Origin: Octopus sinensis
Lineage: Eukaryota
Reading direction: 5' to 3'
DNA length: 64,000 bases
Assembly (NCBI RefSeq): GCF_006345805.1
Contig: NC_043022.1
Coordinates: 13,950,001-14,014,000 of the forward strand
Shown here piece by piece: positions 62,602 through 64,000 of this stretch (position 1 is the first letter of the stretch; every line of letters starts with the position of its first letter). A model generated the notes under the pieces. It was not told where the DNA came from, made no database searches, and was given only the letters and a program-made list of their open reading frames with translations. The position numbers and the translations under genes are program-made.

Positions 62602-64000
62602 TCAAGAGTCGTTGGGAGTAATTGATTCAGCCTCGCTATCTTCATGTTCAGTTGGTTGTCTTCTGACTGTTTGAGATTGTTCAGAGGGTCTGTTATATAT
62701 CATCAACTGTTCAGGGTGCCTTGTGTATGTCGCCAAGTGACTCTGGTACCCTGTGTCTGTCTGAAAATGTCCAGATTCTCTCTGCATCTGTTCAGGGTAC
62801 CTTGTGTATGTCGCCAAGTGACTCTGGTACCCTGTGTCTGTCTGAAAATGTCCAGATTCTCTCTGCATCTGTTCAGGGTACTTTGTTTGTATTACTGAGT
62901 GTCTCTGGTAACCCATGTCTGTCAGAACCTGTCCAGATTCTCTCTGCATCTGTTCAGAGTACCTTGTGTGCATCACCAAGTGACTCTGGTACCCTGTGTC
63001 TGTCTGACACTGTCTAAATTCTCTCTGATCTTTCGGCATCTGTTCAGGGTACTTTGTGTATGTCGCCAAGTGACTCTGGTACCCTGTGTCTGCCTGAAAA
63101 TGTCCAGATTCTCTTTGCATCTGTTCAGAGTACCTTGTGTGTGTTACCGAGTGTCTCTGGTACCCTGTGTCTGTTGGAACTTGTCCAAATTCTCTCTGAT
63201 CTTTCGGCATCAGTTCAGGGTACTTTGTGTATGTCGCCAAGTGACTCTGGTACCCTGTGTCTGTCTGAAAATGTCCAGATTCTCTCTGCATCTGTTCAGG
63301 GTACCTTGTGTATGTCGCCAAGTGACTCTGGTACCCTGTGTCTGTCTGAAAATGTCCAGATTCTCTCTGCATCTGTTCAGGGTACTTTGTTTGTATTACT
63401 GAGTGTCTCTGGTAACCATGTCTGTCAGAACCTGTCCAGATTCTCTCTGCATCTGTTCAGAGTACCTTGTGTGCATCACCAAGTGACTCTGGTACCCTGT
63501 GTCTGTCTGACACTGTCTAAATTCTCTCTGATCTTTCGGCATCTGTTCAGGGTACTTTGTGTATGTCGCCAAGTGACTCTGGTACCTGTGTCTGCCTGAA
63601 AATGTCCAGATTCTCTTTGCATCTGTTCAGAGTACCTTGTGTGTGTTACCGAGTGTCTCTGGTACCCTGTGTCTGTTGGAACTTGTCCAAATTCTCTCTG
63701 ATCTTTCGGCATCAGTTCAGGGTACTTTGTGTATGTCGCCAAGTGACTCTGGTACCCTGTGTCTGCCTGAAAATGTCCAGATTCTCTTTGCATCTGTTCA
63801 GAGTACCTTGTGTGTGTTACCGAGTGTCTCTGGTACCCTGTGTCTGTTGGAACTTGTCCAAATTCTCTCTGATCTTTCGGCATCTGTTCAGGGTACTTTG
63901 TGTATGTCGCCAAGTGACTCTGGTACCCTGTGTCTGCCTGAAAATGTCCAGATTCTCTTTGCATCTGTTCAGTGTACCTTGTGTGTGTTACCGAGTGTCT
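62602..64000 (-). CDS. probable terminal exon encoding a tandem-repeat (27/30-aa) protein; two 1-nt frameshifts; extends beyond the window
   Basis: Units of 81 or 90 bp; only one of six frames is stop-free across all unit variants (MQRESGHFQTDTGYQSHLATYTRYPEQ); it runs into a unique acidic tail ending ..EHEDSEAESITPNDS*. Confidence 0.55.

Noticed and set aside
62707-64000. C2H2 zinc-finger or Cys-rich plus-strand reading of the 81-bp repeat
   Set aside because: No CxxC..HxxxH spacing, and plus-strand frames contain stops in the B and C unit variants

Overview
AT-rich, microsatellite-saturated animal genomic DNA. The SINE families and the (TA)n/(CA)n/(CAT)n density match what I recall of Octopus genomes; this is an inference, not a database result. 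Most of the window is repeat. It holds more than 20 copies of a tRNA-derived SINE with an internal microsatellite (family A), several other SINE families (B, C, D, E; my labels), and 5'-truncated CR1-like, RTE and R4/Dong-like LINE fragments. A Penelope-like element (RT + GIY-YIG) sits among many pLTR-derived and fold-back elements in (TA)n, two of which keep near-canonical hammerhead ribozyme folds. There are also piggyBac-type and GG-ended 8-bp-TSD MITEs, a Helitron-like element, SINE-derived satellites and one tRNA-Ser(TGA). Almost all ORF-track entries are microsatellite or SINE artefacts. The only substantial host-gene candidate is a minus-strand exon at 62602-64000+ made of 27/30-codon higher-order repeats; a few isolated exon-like segments are low confidence.
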